A stretch of DNA of 64,000 bases from Chloroflexota bacterium (GCA_963663275.1 OY760183.1:2304001-2368000), one strand, 5' to 3'. Counted from the first letter of the stretch, positions 38,818 through 49,466 are shown. Program-made: numbers and translations. Notes: a model not told the origin generated them from the letters alone.

Positions 38818-39033
38818 AGACCGGACTACCGTTAGTGATGGCCGAAGTCTTCCTACGAGGCAGCATCTCAAAACCCGCGTTGGAATGCAATTGTCCTGCC
38901 GCGATTTGCGAAAAGGTACTTGACCAATAATGCATGTATCGGTTACTATTGTCTCGCTGGGTGCTATTGCATAGTACAATGGTCATAAAGTGGGGGATAG
39001 TTGGTAATCACGCCTGTAGAAAGCGCTGGCACA

Positions 39034-39525
39034 ATGAGCGAACCATTGCTGGAGGAGGAAATCTGGGGGCCGACCGCCGACTATCTCGGTGGCAACGTAG
39101 CCGGCCTGTCGAACGCGGTGACGAAGGGCATAGCGATGCAACTCCAACCATTCGCGCTTACGCCAATCGAGTTCGCGATACTTGGCATTTGCTATCGCTC
39201 CGGCACCACAACGGTTTCCCGCATGGCGCGGGTGATGCCGGTTGACGCCGGCCGCATGAGCCGCATTGTCAACAAGCTCTACGAGCAGGGCCTGATGACC
39301 AGGACCCGCCTGAAGAACGACCGGCGGGTGGTGCACCTTGGACTGACTGAAGAGGGGCTGCGTCTGGTACCCGAACTGATCGAACGTGTCCAGGAGCAGA
39401 ATGCCATTCTGGCGGAGGGCATCACGTCGGAAGAGCGTGCCGTGTTCATTGCGGTGTCCGAGAAAATTGTCTCGAACTTCGCGCGCAAGCGGTTGGAAGA
39501 GAACGCCGGTCAGAGGTTGGACTAG
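39034..39525 (+). CDS. MarR family transcriptional regulator
   Basis: LTPIEFAIL, MSRIVNKL, R..DRRVV...LTEEG winged helix. Confidence 0.9.
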   Translation: MSEPLLEEEIWGPTADYLGGNVAGLSNAVTKGIAMQLQPFALTPIEFAILGICYRSGTTTVSRMARVMPVDAGRMSRIVNKLYEQGLMTRTRLKNDRRVVHLGLTEEGLRLVPELIERVQEQNAILAEGITSEERAVFIAVSEKIVSNFARKRLEENAGQRLD

Positions 39526-39719
39526 GCCGGGAGTGCCGCGCGCTTCTCGGAAGCCCGGCGCGGTAGCCTTGCGCGCCCGGCGCAACGGTATCACGCCGTA
39601 CGGCGCAGTCACGTCGTTGGACGCTTCGACAGATCCGCAGGCTTGCTCATCGTCTGCAGGATTGCCAATCGGGAAGGCGCGCACTCGATGCTGAGCGTAA
39701 ACCGGCTTCAGGCGCGACG

Positions 39720-40505
39720 CTACCACCAGCGCCACGGCATGGGGTTCTCGTAGTAGCGCACGGGCACGTTGGGCAGCATTGCCTGGAGTTCCTGGGCGTA
39801 CTGGGCCAATCCGGGATTCTCACTCACCTCGTGGCTCGTTTCGATCATGGGCACGCCGGATTCCCAGGCGAAGTGCATGCCGTAGTTGTCGCTCTCACCG
39901 GCAATGAACACGTCGCAGCCGTACTTGAGCAGCGACTGCATGTAGCCCACGTTCACGAAGAGTCCCAGACCGCCCCAGGGCAACCCGGCGCGCCGCACCG
40001 GCGCCGCCGGATCATGCGGCGTGGCCCGCACCGCCGCCATCCCCAGCGCGGACTTGACCCGCTCCACCAGTCCGCCAAACGTGGTGTCCGCCGGCAGGTC
40101 GTACGCCTTGAGATAGGGCCCCTCGTCCACCACCGGCGCGCCAAGCCCCAGTTTCGCGGCAAACGCCGTGAAGATGCGGTGGCGATCCAGCGTCCCGTGT
40201 ACCCGCATGACCGCAATCCCATGCTGCGCGAGCAGTTTCATGCGGCGTTGGTTGACGCGCCAACTCAGATAGTCTACCGGCGCGCCGCTGTTCTGCGGCC
40301 GCCACGACGGAAAATAGAGATCCTCGTGGGCGATGATGAGATTGTCCCCCGCTTTCCCGGCATGGCGGATTGCGTCCAGGCTCGCCATCCAGCACACCTG
40401 AACGCCGGTGACCTCCTGCTCCCGGTCGCCAAAGAGAATACCCTCATCGCCTCCCAGCGCGCCGCATGAGTCGACGATGACCTGTAGGACGTCTGAAGTG
40501 CGCAT
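39720..40505 (-). CDS. Nif3-like dinuclear metal-centre protein
   Basis: VTGVQVCWMA, LIIAHE, HGTLD, SHEVSENPG. Confidence 0.85.
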   Translation of the reverse strand: MRTSDVLQVIVDSCGALGGDEGILFGDREQEVTGVQVCWMASLDAIRHAGKAGDNLIIAHEDLYFPSWRPQNSGAPVDYLSWRVNQRRMKLLAQHGIAVMRVHGTLDRHRIFTAFAAKLGLGAPVVDEGPYLKAYDLPADTTFGGLVERVKSALGMAAVRATPHDPAAPVRRAGLPWGGLGLFVNVGYMQSLLKYGCDVFIAGESDNYGMHFAWESGVPMIETSHEVSENPGLAQYAQELQAMLPNVPVRYYENPMPWRWW

Positions 40506-40588
40506 TCTTCCACCTTTCTCTATGGCCTGACTTGCGCGTTCGACCCCACTGCATCATCATAGCGAATAGTAGCGACAGGGAGCAGTCG

Positions 40589-41953
40589 ATGAAAGACTGG
40601 ACGAATCGAGCGGACGAGCCGCTGCCGGAACGCCCGCCGCTGTGGGTGGGAGCCGCTAAGACGCAGATCACCCCGCCAGTCGGCAGTGTGCTCCAAAGCG
40701 GCATGACGATCACGTCAACCGGCGTGCTCGACGACCTCTATAGCACCGCGCTCGTGCTGGACGACGGCGCAACGAAAGTGGCGCTGGTCGGCAACGACGT
40801 CATCTACATGGAAGCGCCGATGGCGGCGGCGATACGGGAGCGCGTGGCCGCACAGACCGGCATTCCGGGTGACAACGTCCTGCTGAACGCCTCGCACACG
40901 CACTCCGGCCCTAACATCTGCATCCTGTCCCCCTATGACGTCGACATGGAGTACCGCGAATGGCTGATCCGGCAGATTGCCGATACGGTGGCGCGGGCCG
41001 ACGCCGCGCTGGAGCCGGCGACGCTGGCAATTGGGGAGGCGGAGGGCGAGTTCGCCGTCAATCGCCGCAAGGTGGTGGACGGCGCGTCCAGCATGTTGCC
41101 CAACTACGCGGCCACGGCGGACAACCGCGCGCGGGTCTTGCGTTTCGACCGTCCGGACGGCTCGGTCATCGCCATCGCATTCTCCATTGCCTGCCACGGC
41201 ACCGGTTTCGACTATCGCGGCGATGATCCGCTGATTGGGGGCGATTTCATTTCTCCGGCGAAAGATGAACTCGAGCGGTCGTTTGCGGCGGAAGGAGCGC
41301 CGATTGCGGTCTTTCTCACGGGCTGCGGAGGCAACATCCGTCCGCGGGTGCTCACGCCGGACGGCGACCGCTTCCATCCGTGCACGGCGGCAGAGATCCA
41401 GGCGCACGGGCGCGGGGCCGGGGCGGTAGCGGCGCGGGCGGCGCGGGAGAGCCACATGGCGGTGGGCTATCCTATTGCGGTTGCCAGGGAGCAACTGCCG
41501 CTGCCTTTCCAAGACCCGCCGACCATCGAGGAACTGCGGGATTTCCGCTGGCGCTCCGGGCGCGCGCGCTGGCACGCCTGGGCGGAACACCTCATCGAGA
41601 AGCTGGAAAAGGGTGAGGAATTGCCGCGCACGGTGGACATGGAAGTGCAGGTGGTGCGGCTGGGCGGCGTCTGCATCGTCGCCATGGGCGGCGAGGTCTT
41701 CGTGGAAATCGGTCTGGCGATCGAACGCGCCCTGCAAGAGAGCCACCAGGCGCAAATGGCCCTCACCCTCGGCTATAGCAATTCGGAAGTCGGCTACGTC
41801 TGCACCGCCAGCGCCTACCCGGAAGGCGGCTCCGAACCGGCGGACTTCTACCGCTGGTTCTGGTATCCGGCGCCGTTCAAGCCGGAGACGGAGGACTTCG
41901 TCGTGCAGCGGGCGCTGGCGCTCGCCCGGCAAGTGATTGCGCCGGAGGGATGA
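40589..41953 (+). CDS. Neutral/alkaline ceramidase-like Zn amidohydrolase, copy 1
   Basis: ITPPVG, ASHTHSGP, NRR, ACHG, GCGGN, GEVF. Confidence 0.8.
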   Translation: MKDWTNRADEPLPERPPLWVGAAKTQITPPVGSVLQSGMTITSTGVLDDLYSTALVLDDGATKVALVGNDVIYMEAPMAAAIRERVAAQTGIPGDNVLLNASHTHSGPNICILSPYDVDMEYREWLIRQIADTVARADAALEPATLAIGEAEGEFAVNRRKVVDGASSMLPNYAATADNRARVLRFDRPDGSVIAIAFSIACHGTGFDYRGDDPLIGGDFISPAKDELERSFAAEGAPIAVFLTGCGGNIRPRVLTPDGDRFHPCTAAEIQAHGRGAGAVAARAARESHMAVGYPIAVAREQLPLPFQDPPTIEELRDFRWRSGRARWHAWAEHLIEKLEKGEELPRTVDMEVQVVRLGGVCIVAMGGEVFVEIGLAIERALQESHQAQMALTLGYSNSEVGYVCTASAYPEGGSEPADFYRWFWYPAPFKPETEDFVVQRALALARQVIAPEG

Positions 41954-42004
41954 GAACCACGCCGCGGCAGATACCGAGCATTCAGCAATGAAGGAAGGCG
42001 CATA

Positions 42005-43402
42005 ATGGCAGCGAGCGTTCGCATGGGGGCGGCAAAGGTCAACATCACCCCGCCGGTGGGTACCCATCTCGGAGGTTACGGCAATCGCCAGCGCCCATCC
42101 GACGACATCCACGACGAACTCTACGCCGCCGCGTACGTCTGTACGGACGGCGACACCACCGTTGCCGTCGTTGGCGCTGATCTCGTTGACATTTCTCTGG
42201 AGCGCACGCGCGCCGTGCGCCATAAGATCACGGCGCTGACCGGGATACCGGGCAGTCACGTCATGCTGGGCATGACCCACGCCCACAGCGGCCCGAATAC
42301 GAAAGATTGGGGAGCCGGCCTGCCGGGCGCGGGCGTGCCCTATCCCGGCGGCATCCCCGATGAAGAACTGACGTACGCGCTGCCGATCCTGGACCATGAC
42401 TACCTGGAAGAACTGGAAAACAAGCTGGCGGGCGTGGTGGCGATGGCGATGCAGGGGTTTCAATGCGTCGTGGGCGGCATCGGTACCGGGCAGTATGGCC
42501 TCGCCATCAACCGCCGGGGCGAGCGGGACGGGCACGTGGTCAACTCTCCGCGCCCGGAGGGCCTCGTGGACCACTCGCTGCCCGTGCTGCGCTTCGACAA
42601 TGAGCGCGGCGAACCGGCCGGGATCGTCTTCAACTACGCCTGCCACCCCACCAGCATGAGCGACAATTACGCCATCAGCGCCGACTATATTGGCCCTTCC
42701 CGCGCCTTTGTGGAAGACGTGTACGGCGCCGACTGCGTGGTGGGCTTTCTGCTGGGCTGCCACGGCGACATTCGCCCCAACTACACCGACGCAACCGGCC
42801 GCAGTTTTCGCTCGGCAATCTTTGCGGAATTGGAACGCGAAGGGCGCATCATGGGCGCGGAAGTGGTAAAGGTGCGGGAGGGCATCAGCCCCCAACGGTT
42901 GGACACCGTGGCGGCGGTAAGCACGCCCATCGTCGCGCCGTTCGCTGAGCCGCCGGCCGCCGACTACCTGCGCGCGGCGCTGGAAACGGGCGCGTTTCCC
43001 GATACCGGGAGGCAACTCCCGTTCTGCAAGGCCCGCTGGGCGCAGCGCATACTCCGCCAGCTTGAAGCGGGCACGTTGGCCGACGGCCTGGAAACCGAAC
43101 TCCAGGTCATTCGCGTCGGGCATCTGGTGTTCGTCGGCTTCCCCGGCGAGTTCTTTTTGGAATACGGTATGGAAATTCGCGCGCGGGTCAAGGACATCTA
43201 CGGCCTCGACGTGGTGCACGTGAGCATGGCGAACGACATGATCGGCTACGTGGCGTCGGACCGCGAAATCCCGCGCGGCGGCTACGAGGTCGGCTCTTAC
43301 CAGGACGACGAACTGGCCCCGGCGCACTACGCGCTGGGAACCCAAGGACTGTTCGTCAACCGCGCGCTGGAGCTTGTCGGAGAAACGTTGCCAGGCGAAT
43401 GA
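42005..43402 (+). CDS. Neutral/alkaline ceramidase-like Zn amidohydrolase, copy 2
   Basis: ITPPVG, THAHSGP, NYACHPT, ISADY, GCHGD, PGEFF, GGYE. Confidence 0.82.
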   Translation: MAASVRMGAAKVNITPPVGTHLGGYGNRQRPSDDIHDELYAAAYVCTDGDTTVAVVGADLVDISLERTRAVRHKITALTGIPGSHVMLGMTHAHSGPNTKDWGAGLPGAGVPYPGGIPDEELTYALPILDHDYLEELENKLAGVVAMAMQGFQCVVGGIGTGQYGLAINRRGERDGHVVNSPRPEGLVDHSLPVLRFDNERGEPAGIVFNYACHPTSMSDNYAISADYIGPSRAFVEDVYGADCVVGFLLGCHGDIRPNYTDATGRSFRSAIFAELEREGRIMGAEVVKVREGISPQRLDTVAAVSTPIVAPFAEPPAADYLRAALETGAFPDTGRQLPFCKARWAQRILRQLEAGTLADGLETELQVIRVGHLVFVGFPGEFFLEYGMEIRARVKDIYGLDVVHVSMANDMIGYVASDREIPRGGYEVGSYQDDELAPAHYALGTQGLFVNRALELVGETLPGE

Positions 43403-43505
43403 ATTGCGCTCGGCCATCGCTGAGGCAGAAGGCCGCAGCCACATCGCCCTTCCTAATTTCGCGGCTGCCAATCTCTTTCATTCCCTCCAAACTCCCGGTT
43501 TTATT

Positions 43506-43590
43506 CCGGTAGCGCAGGTCTGTTACCTGCGCCTGCGGTAGAGCGCGTTTGTCCCCTTACGCCTCCGGTAGCGCAGGTTTGTAACCTGCG
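43506..43590 (+). repeat. Two direct copies of REP family 2
   Basis: ccggtagcgcaggtctgttacctgcg (43506) and ccggtagcgcaggtttgtaacctgcg (43565). Confidence 0.85.
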
Positions 43591-43746
43591 GGCCGGGCAA
43601 GAGTCACATCAACATAAATGTACGTCCGCGAGTGTGCGCTTCGGACAGCGCCAACGTCTTTCCGGCGCGCGCTACTTGAAGACCCCGCCTTCCCATGCTA
43701 TCGTTAGCCACGTCCTCCACCTAACCACCAGCCACCAAGTCTTCGT

Positions 43747-44739
43747 ATGGCCGCCACCGATTTACGCCGCGCGCAGACTCCCATCGAGCCCGGCATTCAC
43801 CTTCCCACGCTGGATCTTTGGCTTGACTCACGCCGGGTGAAGCCGGAGGGGTACATCTCGCACGCCCACAGCGATCACTTGGCATCGCACCACCTCGTGC
43901 TGGCCACCGCCGAGACGATTGCCTTGGCCGCGCAGCGCATGAAGCTGAAGCAGGCGCTGCCACTGCGCTACGGCGAGCCGCTGGAGCGGGACGGCTACAC
44001 CCTGACCCTCTTTTCCGCCGGCCACTGTCTGGGTTCGTCCCAGGTTGCCATAGACGTGCACGCGACCGGCGAGCGCATCGTGTACACCGGCGACCTGCAC
44101 CTGGGGCCTGACCGCTTTGGACAACCGGCAGCGCCCATCCCCTGCGATACGCTGATTCTGGATGCTACCTTTGGGCATCCGACGTACACATTTCCGCCTC
44201 GTGACAGCGTGATCGAAGAGGTGTGCGAATGGGTAAGCGAGACACTGCGCGACGGCGAAACGCCCGTGGTGCTCGCGTACAGCCTGGGCAAAGGGCAGGA
44301 GGCGCTCCATCTCTTGCTGGAGGCGGGCTTCTCCGTGCAGGTGAATGAATCCACGTACACGATGACGGCAGTCTACCGGCAAATGGGAGCGCGCTTCCCC
44401 GGCCAATTCACCCGTTGGCGCGGCACGCGGGAGGAAGGGACGGTGGTGCTGATGCCGCCCCACGTGCGCAACCGGCGCGATACGCTGGCCCTCATGCCGT
44501 ACCGCACGCTCCTGCTCAGCGGGTGGGCCGTCGATCCATCCTGCAAGTACCGGATGCGCGTCGATGAGGCGCTTCCGTTGAGCGACCACTGCGACTGGCA
44601 GCAACTCAACGACTACGTGGAACAGGCGTGGCCGGAACGGGTGTTCACGATGTTCGGCCCCCATCACTTTGCCGCGCACTTGCGCAATCAAGGCATGGAC
44701 GCCGTACCCCTCGAGGCCCGCCAACCGTCGCTCTTCTGA
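43747..44739 (+). CDS. MBL-fold beta-CASP exonuclease (ligase-associated/SNM1-like)
   Basis: SHAHSDH, AGHCLGS, YTGD, DATFG, YSLGKGQE, LSDHCDW. Confidence 0.88.
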   Translation: MAATDLRRAQTPIEPGIHLPTLDLWLDSRRVKPEGYISHAHSDHLASHHLVLATAETIALAAQRMKLKQALPLRYGEPLERDGYTLTLFSAGHCLGSSQVAIDVHATGERIVYTGDLHLGPDRFGQPAAPIPCDTLILDATFGHPTYTFPPRDSVIEEVCEWVSETLRDGETPVVLAYSLGKGQEALHLLLEAGFSVQVNESTYTMTAVYRQMGARFPGQFTRWRGTREEGTVVLMPPHVRNRRDTLALMPYRTLLLSGWAVDPSCKYRMRVDEALPLSDHCDWQQLNDYVEQAWPERVFTMFGPHHFAAHLRNQGMDAVPLEARQPSLF

Positions 44740-44948
44740 ACGGAATTGCGTCGCCAACGCCCGCGCATGGTCTTCTGCTGGAACGCGCCGATCACTTCCC
44801 TAACTGCGGGCCTTTAGGGGATAATGCACAGGAACAGGCGTCAGGCGCGACGCGAGCGCGGCCTTATGCTCGAGGCGCTGCAGGGAGCGGCTGCTAGTGG
44901 CCGCCAAGCAGGTATGCGTAATCGCAATTGAATTGAGGAGGTAGAGAA

Positions 44949-45734
44949 GTGGCTCAGGCACCAACCCTCGTAACAGACGAGGAACAGGCATTCTACGCGG
45001 AGAACGGCTATCTCCTGATCAAAGGCCTGGTCTCGGCGGAGGAAATTGCCGTCCTGAAGGAGCGGCTGGAGGCGTACATGTACGACCGCCAGCCCGTGCC
45101 GGATGGGGTCAGAATTCAGGTAGAACCCCGTGTCGAGCGCGGCGAAGTGCCCTGGCCGGAACGGCGCGGCGACGCGTACCGCAAGATCGACCGGCTCGTC
45201 ATTCACGACGACTGCTTTCGCGCGCTCGGGACAAAGTCGGAAGTGGTGGAGCGCATGCAGGCCCTGATCGGCAGTGAGAATCTCAAGCTCTTTCGCGACT
45301 CGGTGCTGATGAAACCGGCGCAGGTGGGTTCGGCCAAAGGGATGCACCAGGACTCTCCCTACTGGCCGATCGAGCCGATGGCATTGAGCTCCTGCTGGAT
45401 GCCCTTCGAGCCGGCTACCCCGGAGAACGGCTGCATTACGGCCATCCCCGGCAGCCACAAGCGCGGCGCGGTGCCTCATGAGCGCGTGCCGGACGACTTC
45501 ATCATCAACGAGAAGCACTACGACACCGCCGACGTGGTCGCCGTGCCGATGGAGGCGGGCGACGGCCTCTTCTTCCATAGCCTGCTGCTCCACGGCACCG
45601 CGCCCAATCTCACGGCGCAGTCGCGGCGGGCGATTACGATGAGCTACATGGCCGCAGAGTTTCACTACACCGGCCAGCCGCCCAAGCCGGACTATCTGCG
45701 GATCTGCGGACAAGACGTCCCCGGCGGGGTTTAG
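44949..45734 (+). CDS. Phytanoyl-CoA dioxygenase (PhyH) family 2OG-Fe(II) oxygenase
   Basis: ENGYL, HQD..YW, ENGC..IPGSHK, GD..FFH..LHG..PN..RR. Confidence 0.92.
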   Translation: MAQAPTLVTDEEQAFYAENGYLLIKGLVSAEEIAVLKERLEAYMYDRQPVPDGVRIQVEPRVERGEVPWPERRGDAYRKIDRLVIHDDCFRALGTKSEVVERMQALIGSENLKLFRDSVLMKPAQVGSAKGMHQDSPYWPIEPMALSSCWMPFEPATPENGCITAIPGSHKRGAVPHERVPDDFIINEKHYDTADVVAVPMEAGDGLFFHSLLLHGTAPNLTAQSRRAITMSYMAAEFHYTGQPPKPDYLRICGQDVPGGV

Positions 45735-45847
45735 GAAACGGATTTCCTGGCTTGCCAGGAGAGAACGCCGCGGCGCAGTTCAAGCTGCTTGTGCCAGGAT
45801 TGCGTCCGCATTGTGCGCCACGTCTGCCCAGTGACCCGACGCGAGGA

Positions 45848-45948
45848 GGCGGGGGACAAGCCCCCGCGCTACGTTAGAGCGACAGCACTGGGGACCAAAC
45901 CCCGCGCTACGTTAGTGCGACAGCACTGGGGACAAGCCCCCGCGCTAC
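45848..45948 (-). repeat. Three reverse-oriented copies of the 34.5-kb REP unit
   Basis: ggggacaagcccccgcgctacg (one degenerate) separated by ttagWgcgacagcact linkers. Confidence 0.88.
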
Positions 45949-46031
45949 GGCGTGTTCGCCTTGACGATTGTAGACTGATGCGTAGACGCCAACGGAGTCT
46001 CGGCGCTTAGACGGCTGAATGGAGAATACCC

Positions 46032-47774
46032 TTGGCTTCAACCTCAACCCGCTTGAACGAGAACATCCGCTACGAACCGGACGAGCGCTGTTCGCTAATC
46101 GTAGCCGCGGCCGTCGGTGCGCAAGGCGTCCTGATCGTCGTGGCGCCGGCCGTGCTGATCGTGGCGATCACCGCCGTCGCGTCCGGCCAGGATGAGCGCT
46201 ACTTGACGTGGGCGGTGTTCGCCTCGCTCATCATCGGTGGGGCCGCTACCGCGCTCCAGGCGGCGGGAATCGGTTGGCTGGGAACGCGCCATCTGCTCAT
46301 AACGGGCACGACGCCGAACTATGTCGCCGTCTCGGTCCTGGCGCTCCAGGCGGGCGGCCCGGCCGCATTGGCGAGCCTCATCGTCCTTTCATCGTTCTTC
46401 TACTTGGCAATTGCGGCTTGGCTGCCCCGGCTGCGCCGCATCATCACGCCGGCCGTCTCCGGCACGGTACTCATGCTGATCGCCACCATGATTCTGCCCG
46501 TCGCGTTCGACCGTTTGAAGGAAGTGCCCGCGGGCACGCCGGTCATTGCCGGACCGGGTGTGGCAATGGTAACGCTCATCGTCACCGTCGTGCTGGCCCT
46601 GCGCGCTCCGGCGAAGTGGCGGCTCTGGTCGCCGCTGCTCGGCATCGGGGCCGGCTGCCTGGCGGCGGCGCTCTTTGGCATGTACGACCTGGAACGAGTG
46701 CGCGCGGCGCCGTGGATTGGCGCTCCCACTGGCGGCATTCCGGGTCTTGATCTCACGCCAAGCGCGGCGGTCTGGGCGTTGCTGCCCATGTTCCTGATCG
46801 TGACGCTGGTGCAAGCGATCAAGACGATTGGCGACGCGGTGGCCGTGCAGCAGGCGTCCCAGCGCAGACCGCGGGCGCTCGATTTTCGCTTAATCCAGGG
46901 CGCGCTCTACGCCAACGGCTTGGGCATTCTGCTGTCGGGTCTCGCCGGCACGCCGCCCTCCAGCGCCTATTCGTCCTCCACCGTCTCGCTCATCAATCTC
47001 ACCGGAGTGGCTGCCCGCCGGGTGGCCTACGCCGTTGGGATCATCTTCCTCATTCTGGCGCTCTTTCCCAAGGTGACCGGCCTGCTGCTGACGATTCCCA
47101 ATCCCATCATGGGGGCGTTCCTGTTGGTGGCGATTGGGATTCTCTTCTTCGAGGGCATTCGCACCATCGCGCGGTCTGGCCTCAACTATCAAGACGCCCT
47201 TGTCGTGGGCTTATCGTTTTCCATTGGCGTCGGATTGCAGCACCAGAACATCTTCGAGGGCATTCTGAACCCGCCGTGGGATACGTTGATCGGCAACGGC
47301 ATTACCGTCGGCGCGGCGGTGGCCATTGGGATGACCGTGTTGCTGGATCTGACCGGCCCGCGGCGCAGACGCCTGGAGGCGCGGTTGGACATGGCAGACC
47401 TGCCCCGGATTGACGCTTTCCTGCAGGAGATTGCGGTCAAGTTGCGCTGGAATGAGGCTTCCACCGAACGCCTGCGGGCCGCGGGTGAGGAGACGCTGGC
47501 AAGCCTATTGCAGCCTGGCAATGCCTATCCCACCGAGAACGCGCCGCGCCTGCTCATCGCCGCGCGCCCCGAGGGCGCCGCCGTGGAAATGGAATTCCTG
47601 GCGGTTTTCGACGAAGAGAATCTGGAAGACCGTCTCGCGCACCTTGACGAACAGGATGAAGCCTCAGACGAAAGGGAAATGTCCTTTCGCCTGCTGCGGC
47701 ACCACGCCGACGCGGTTCAGCATCAGAAGTACCACGGCATAGACATCGTTACGGTGCGCGTTGAAGGCGCGTAG
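46032..47774 (+). CDS. Xanthine/uracil (NCS2) permease-like protein with a C-terminal extra domain (SupE-like)
   Basis: YEPDER, TALQA, ITPAVSG, LTGVAARRV, PKV, P.PIMG; about 130-aa soluble tail. Converges on the ACP/PPTase/hydrolase genes. Confidence 0.82.
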   Translation: MASTSTRLNENIRYEPDERCSLIVAAAVGAQGVLIVVAPAVLIVAITAVASGQDERYLTWAVFASLIIGGAATALQAAGIGWLGTRHLLITGTTPNYVAVSVLALQAGGPAALASLIVLSSFFYLAIAAWLPRLRRIITPAVSGTVLMLIATMILPVAFDRLKEVPAGTPVIAGPGVAMVTLIVTVVLALRAPAKWRLWSPLLGIGAGCLAAALFGMYDLERVRAAPWIGAPTGGIPGLDLTPSAAVWALLPMFLIVTLVQAIKTIGDAVAVQQASQRRPRALDFRLIQGALYANGLGILLSGLAGTPPSSAYSSSTVSLINLTGVAARRVAYAVGIIFLILALFPKVTGLLLTIPNPIMGAFLLVAIGILFFEGIRTIARSGLNYQDALVVGLSFSIGVGLQHQNIFEGILNPPWDTLIGNGITVGAAVAIGMTVLLDLTGPRRRRLEARLDMADLPRIDAFLQEIAVKLRWNEASTERLRAAGEETLASLLQPGNAYPTENAPRLLIAARPEGAAVEMEFLAVFDEENLEDRLAHLDEQDEASDEREMSFRLLRHHADAVQHQKYHGIDIVTVRVEGA

Positions 47775-47821
47775 CGGCGGAGAACCGGGCTGCCGCGAGG
47801 TTGGGCCGAAAGGAAAAGAAA

Positions 47822-48730
47822 CTAGGCGTGCTCAATCTGAGCGACGAACTCACGCACGACCGCGGCGCATTCTTCCGGTTGCTCTAGCTGGAGAAAGTGC
47901 GTGGTATCGGGTAGGAAGTCGTAGTCCACGCTCAGAATGTCGGAGAGGTCGAGTGTCGGGAGGTACGAGTAGGGCAACGTGGGGTCGGCGCCAATGACCT
48001 TGATGGGACACTGGAACTTTCCAAAGTCCACGAGCACGGCGTACGGGCTGGCGTAATCGACGATCTGCGCTTCATACTCCCTTGGACATCGCAACTCGTA
48101 CCCCGGCTCCCCTGCGCTCTTGCGCAGCGTGGCGCTAGCCACAAGCTCGATCGTCCCGGGCACGGTATGTTGGAACGTCGGCGAAAAGCCCAGGAGTTCC
48201 ACGAAATCCTCCCGGCTCTTGAACCGAGCCGTGCGGCGGCGCGCGTGTCCCGCCGTGCGCGTCGCCGCCGCGTCGAAATCTTCATAACTGGCACCGGGCT
48301 TGCACAGGGGTGGATCGAAGAGGATCAAGGCTGCGTGGCGGCTTCCCTTGGTAGGCGAAACCAGCGTCGAGAGGGAGGATACGGAGTGGTAGACACCGAT
48401 CGGGGGCTTTTCGCCGAAGTGGCAGTCGAGCGCATCGAGAATGAGATCGTGGTCGTGGGCGAACGTGGCGATGGTATGCTCCCGCGCCGACGTGACGGCA
48501 TTCCAGCCGTGGTTTCGCAGGTCGTGGACGATCACGTCGAACTCGTCGCACAGGAGCGACCAGAAGGGATAGTAGAGGTCGATTGCCAGCCCGTTGCCGT
48601 GGCTGAGCACGAGCCGGGGGCCCGCCGGATTGCCGTGGCGGCGCAGGGTGATGACGGTTTCGTCATCCACGCGCACGTCCAGCGTGGAGATGGGGTCAGG
48701 TACGTTCCAGTTGGATTCCGCTTCCGCCAT
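47822..48730 (-). CDS. Alpha/beta hydrolase (SupD-like)
   Basis: LSHGNG, HDLRNHG, YHSVS nucleophile elbow, LFDPP, THFLQLEQP. Confidence 0.85.
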   Translation of the reverse strand: MAEAESNWNVPDPISTLDVRVDDETVITLRRHGNPAGPRLVLSHGNGLAIDLYYPFWSLLCDEFDVIVHDLRNHGWNAVTSAREHTIATFAHDHDLILDALDCHFGEKPPIGVYHSVSSLSTLVSPTKGSRHAALILFDPPLCKPGASYEDFDAAATRTAGHARRRTARFKSREDFVELLGFSPTFQHTVPGTIELVASATLRKSAGEPGYELRCPREYEAQIVDYASPYAVLVDFGKFQCPIKVIGADPTLPYSYLPTLDLSDILSVDYDFLPDTTHFLQLEQPEECAAVVREFVAQIEHA

Positions 48731-48737
48731 CGAACCC

Positions 48738-49466
48738 CTAGTCTTTCAGCGCCGGGGTTTCCGACGCTGTATACGCGACGGCTGCCGCGAAATCACGATT
48801 GCCGAGGTCCTCAACGTGCCAGATGGCGCCGGACACCTGGGGCAATCGCATCGTGCTCTTTCTAACGCCGCGAAGCATAGGCGGCGGCATCTTAATGCGG
48901 GTCGCGTCCAACCGGAACCCCTTTCCCAGGGCCTTGAGCAGCGCCTCTTTGAGCGTCCAGAGCTTGAAGAACAGGTAGACCCTCGCGCGTCCTTGGGCCG
49001 CGGCCAGCGCGTCCTGTTCTTCCTTGGCCAGCACGGTCTCGATGAGCAAGTCTAGGTTGCGCTGGGGGTCCCGCTCCTCCACGTCCACACCCACCTGCCC
49101 GGACGGGGCAATTGCAACCAGCCCGTGCCGTCCACTGTGGCTCACGTTGAAGCTGATTGCGACCGGTTCCCCACGGATGAGGGCAAACGGTTTGCCGTGG
49201 CGGGCGATCCCGAAGGCAAGGCGCTCGTTCTCGCAGCCGAGTTGCTGGCAGAGTTCGGCGCGGAGCGCGGCGCGGCATAGCGCAAACCGGCGGCGCGGCC
49301 CGTCAAACGCAAACCGCCGCAACCGGGACTGCTCTTGCTCATCCAGCCACGCCAGCGCCGCCGCTTCCCGATCCGTGTGAGGCGATAGATCTACGTGAAA
49401 CACGTCTACCCGCCCACTACTGACAAACGGAACCGACCACTCCTCAGATACCGGCGCGCGTGACAT
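48738..49466 (-). CDS. Sfp-type 4'-phosphopantetheinyl transferase (SupC-like)
   Basis: HGKP, FNVSHS, VGVDVE, WTLKEALLKALGKG. Confidence 0.93.
   Translation of the reverse strand: MSRAPVSEEWSVPFVSSGRVDVFHVDLSPHTDREAAALAWLDEQEQSRLRRFAFDGPRRRFALCRAALRAELCQQLGCENERLAFGIARHGKPFALIRGEPVAISFNVSHSGRHGLVAIAPSGQVGVDVEERDPQRNLDLLIETVLAKEEQDALAAAQGRARVYLFFKLWTLKEALLKALGKGFRLDATRIKMPPPMLRGVRKSTMRLPQVSGAIWHVEDLGNRDFAAAVAYTASETPALKD

Noticed and set aside
40715-43471. 918-aa minus-strand ORF
   Set aside because: Antisense shadow of two well-supported plus-strand genes, expected from high GC3; no motifs.
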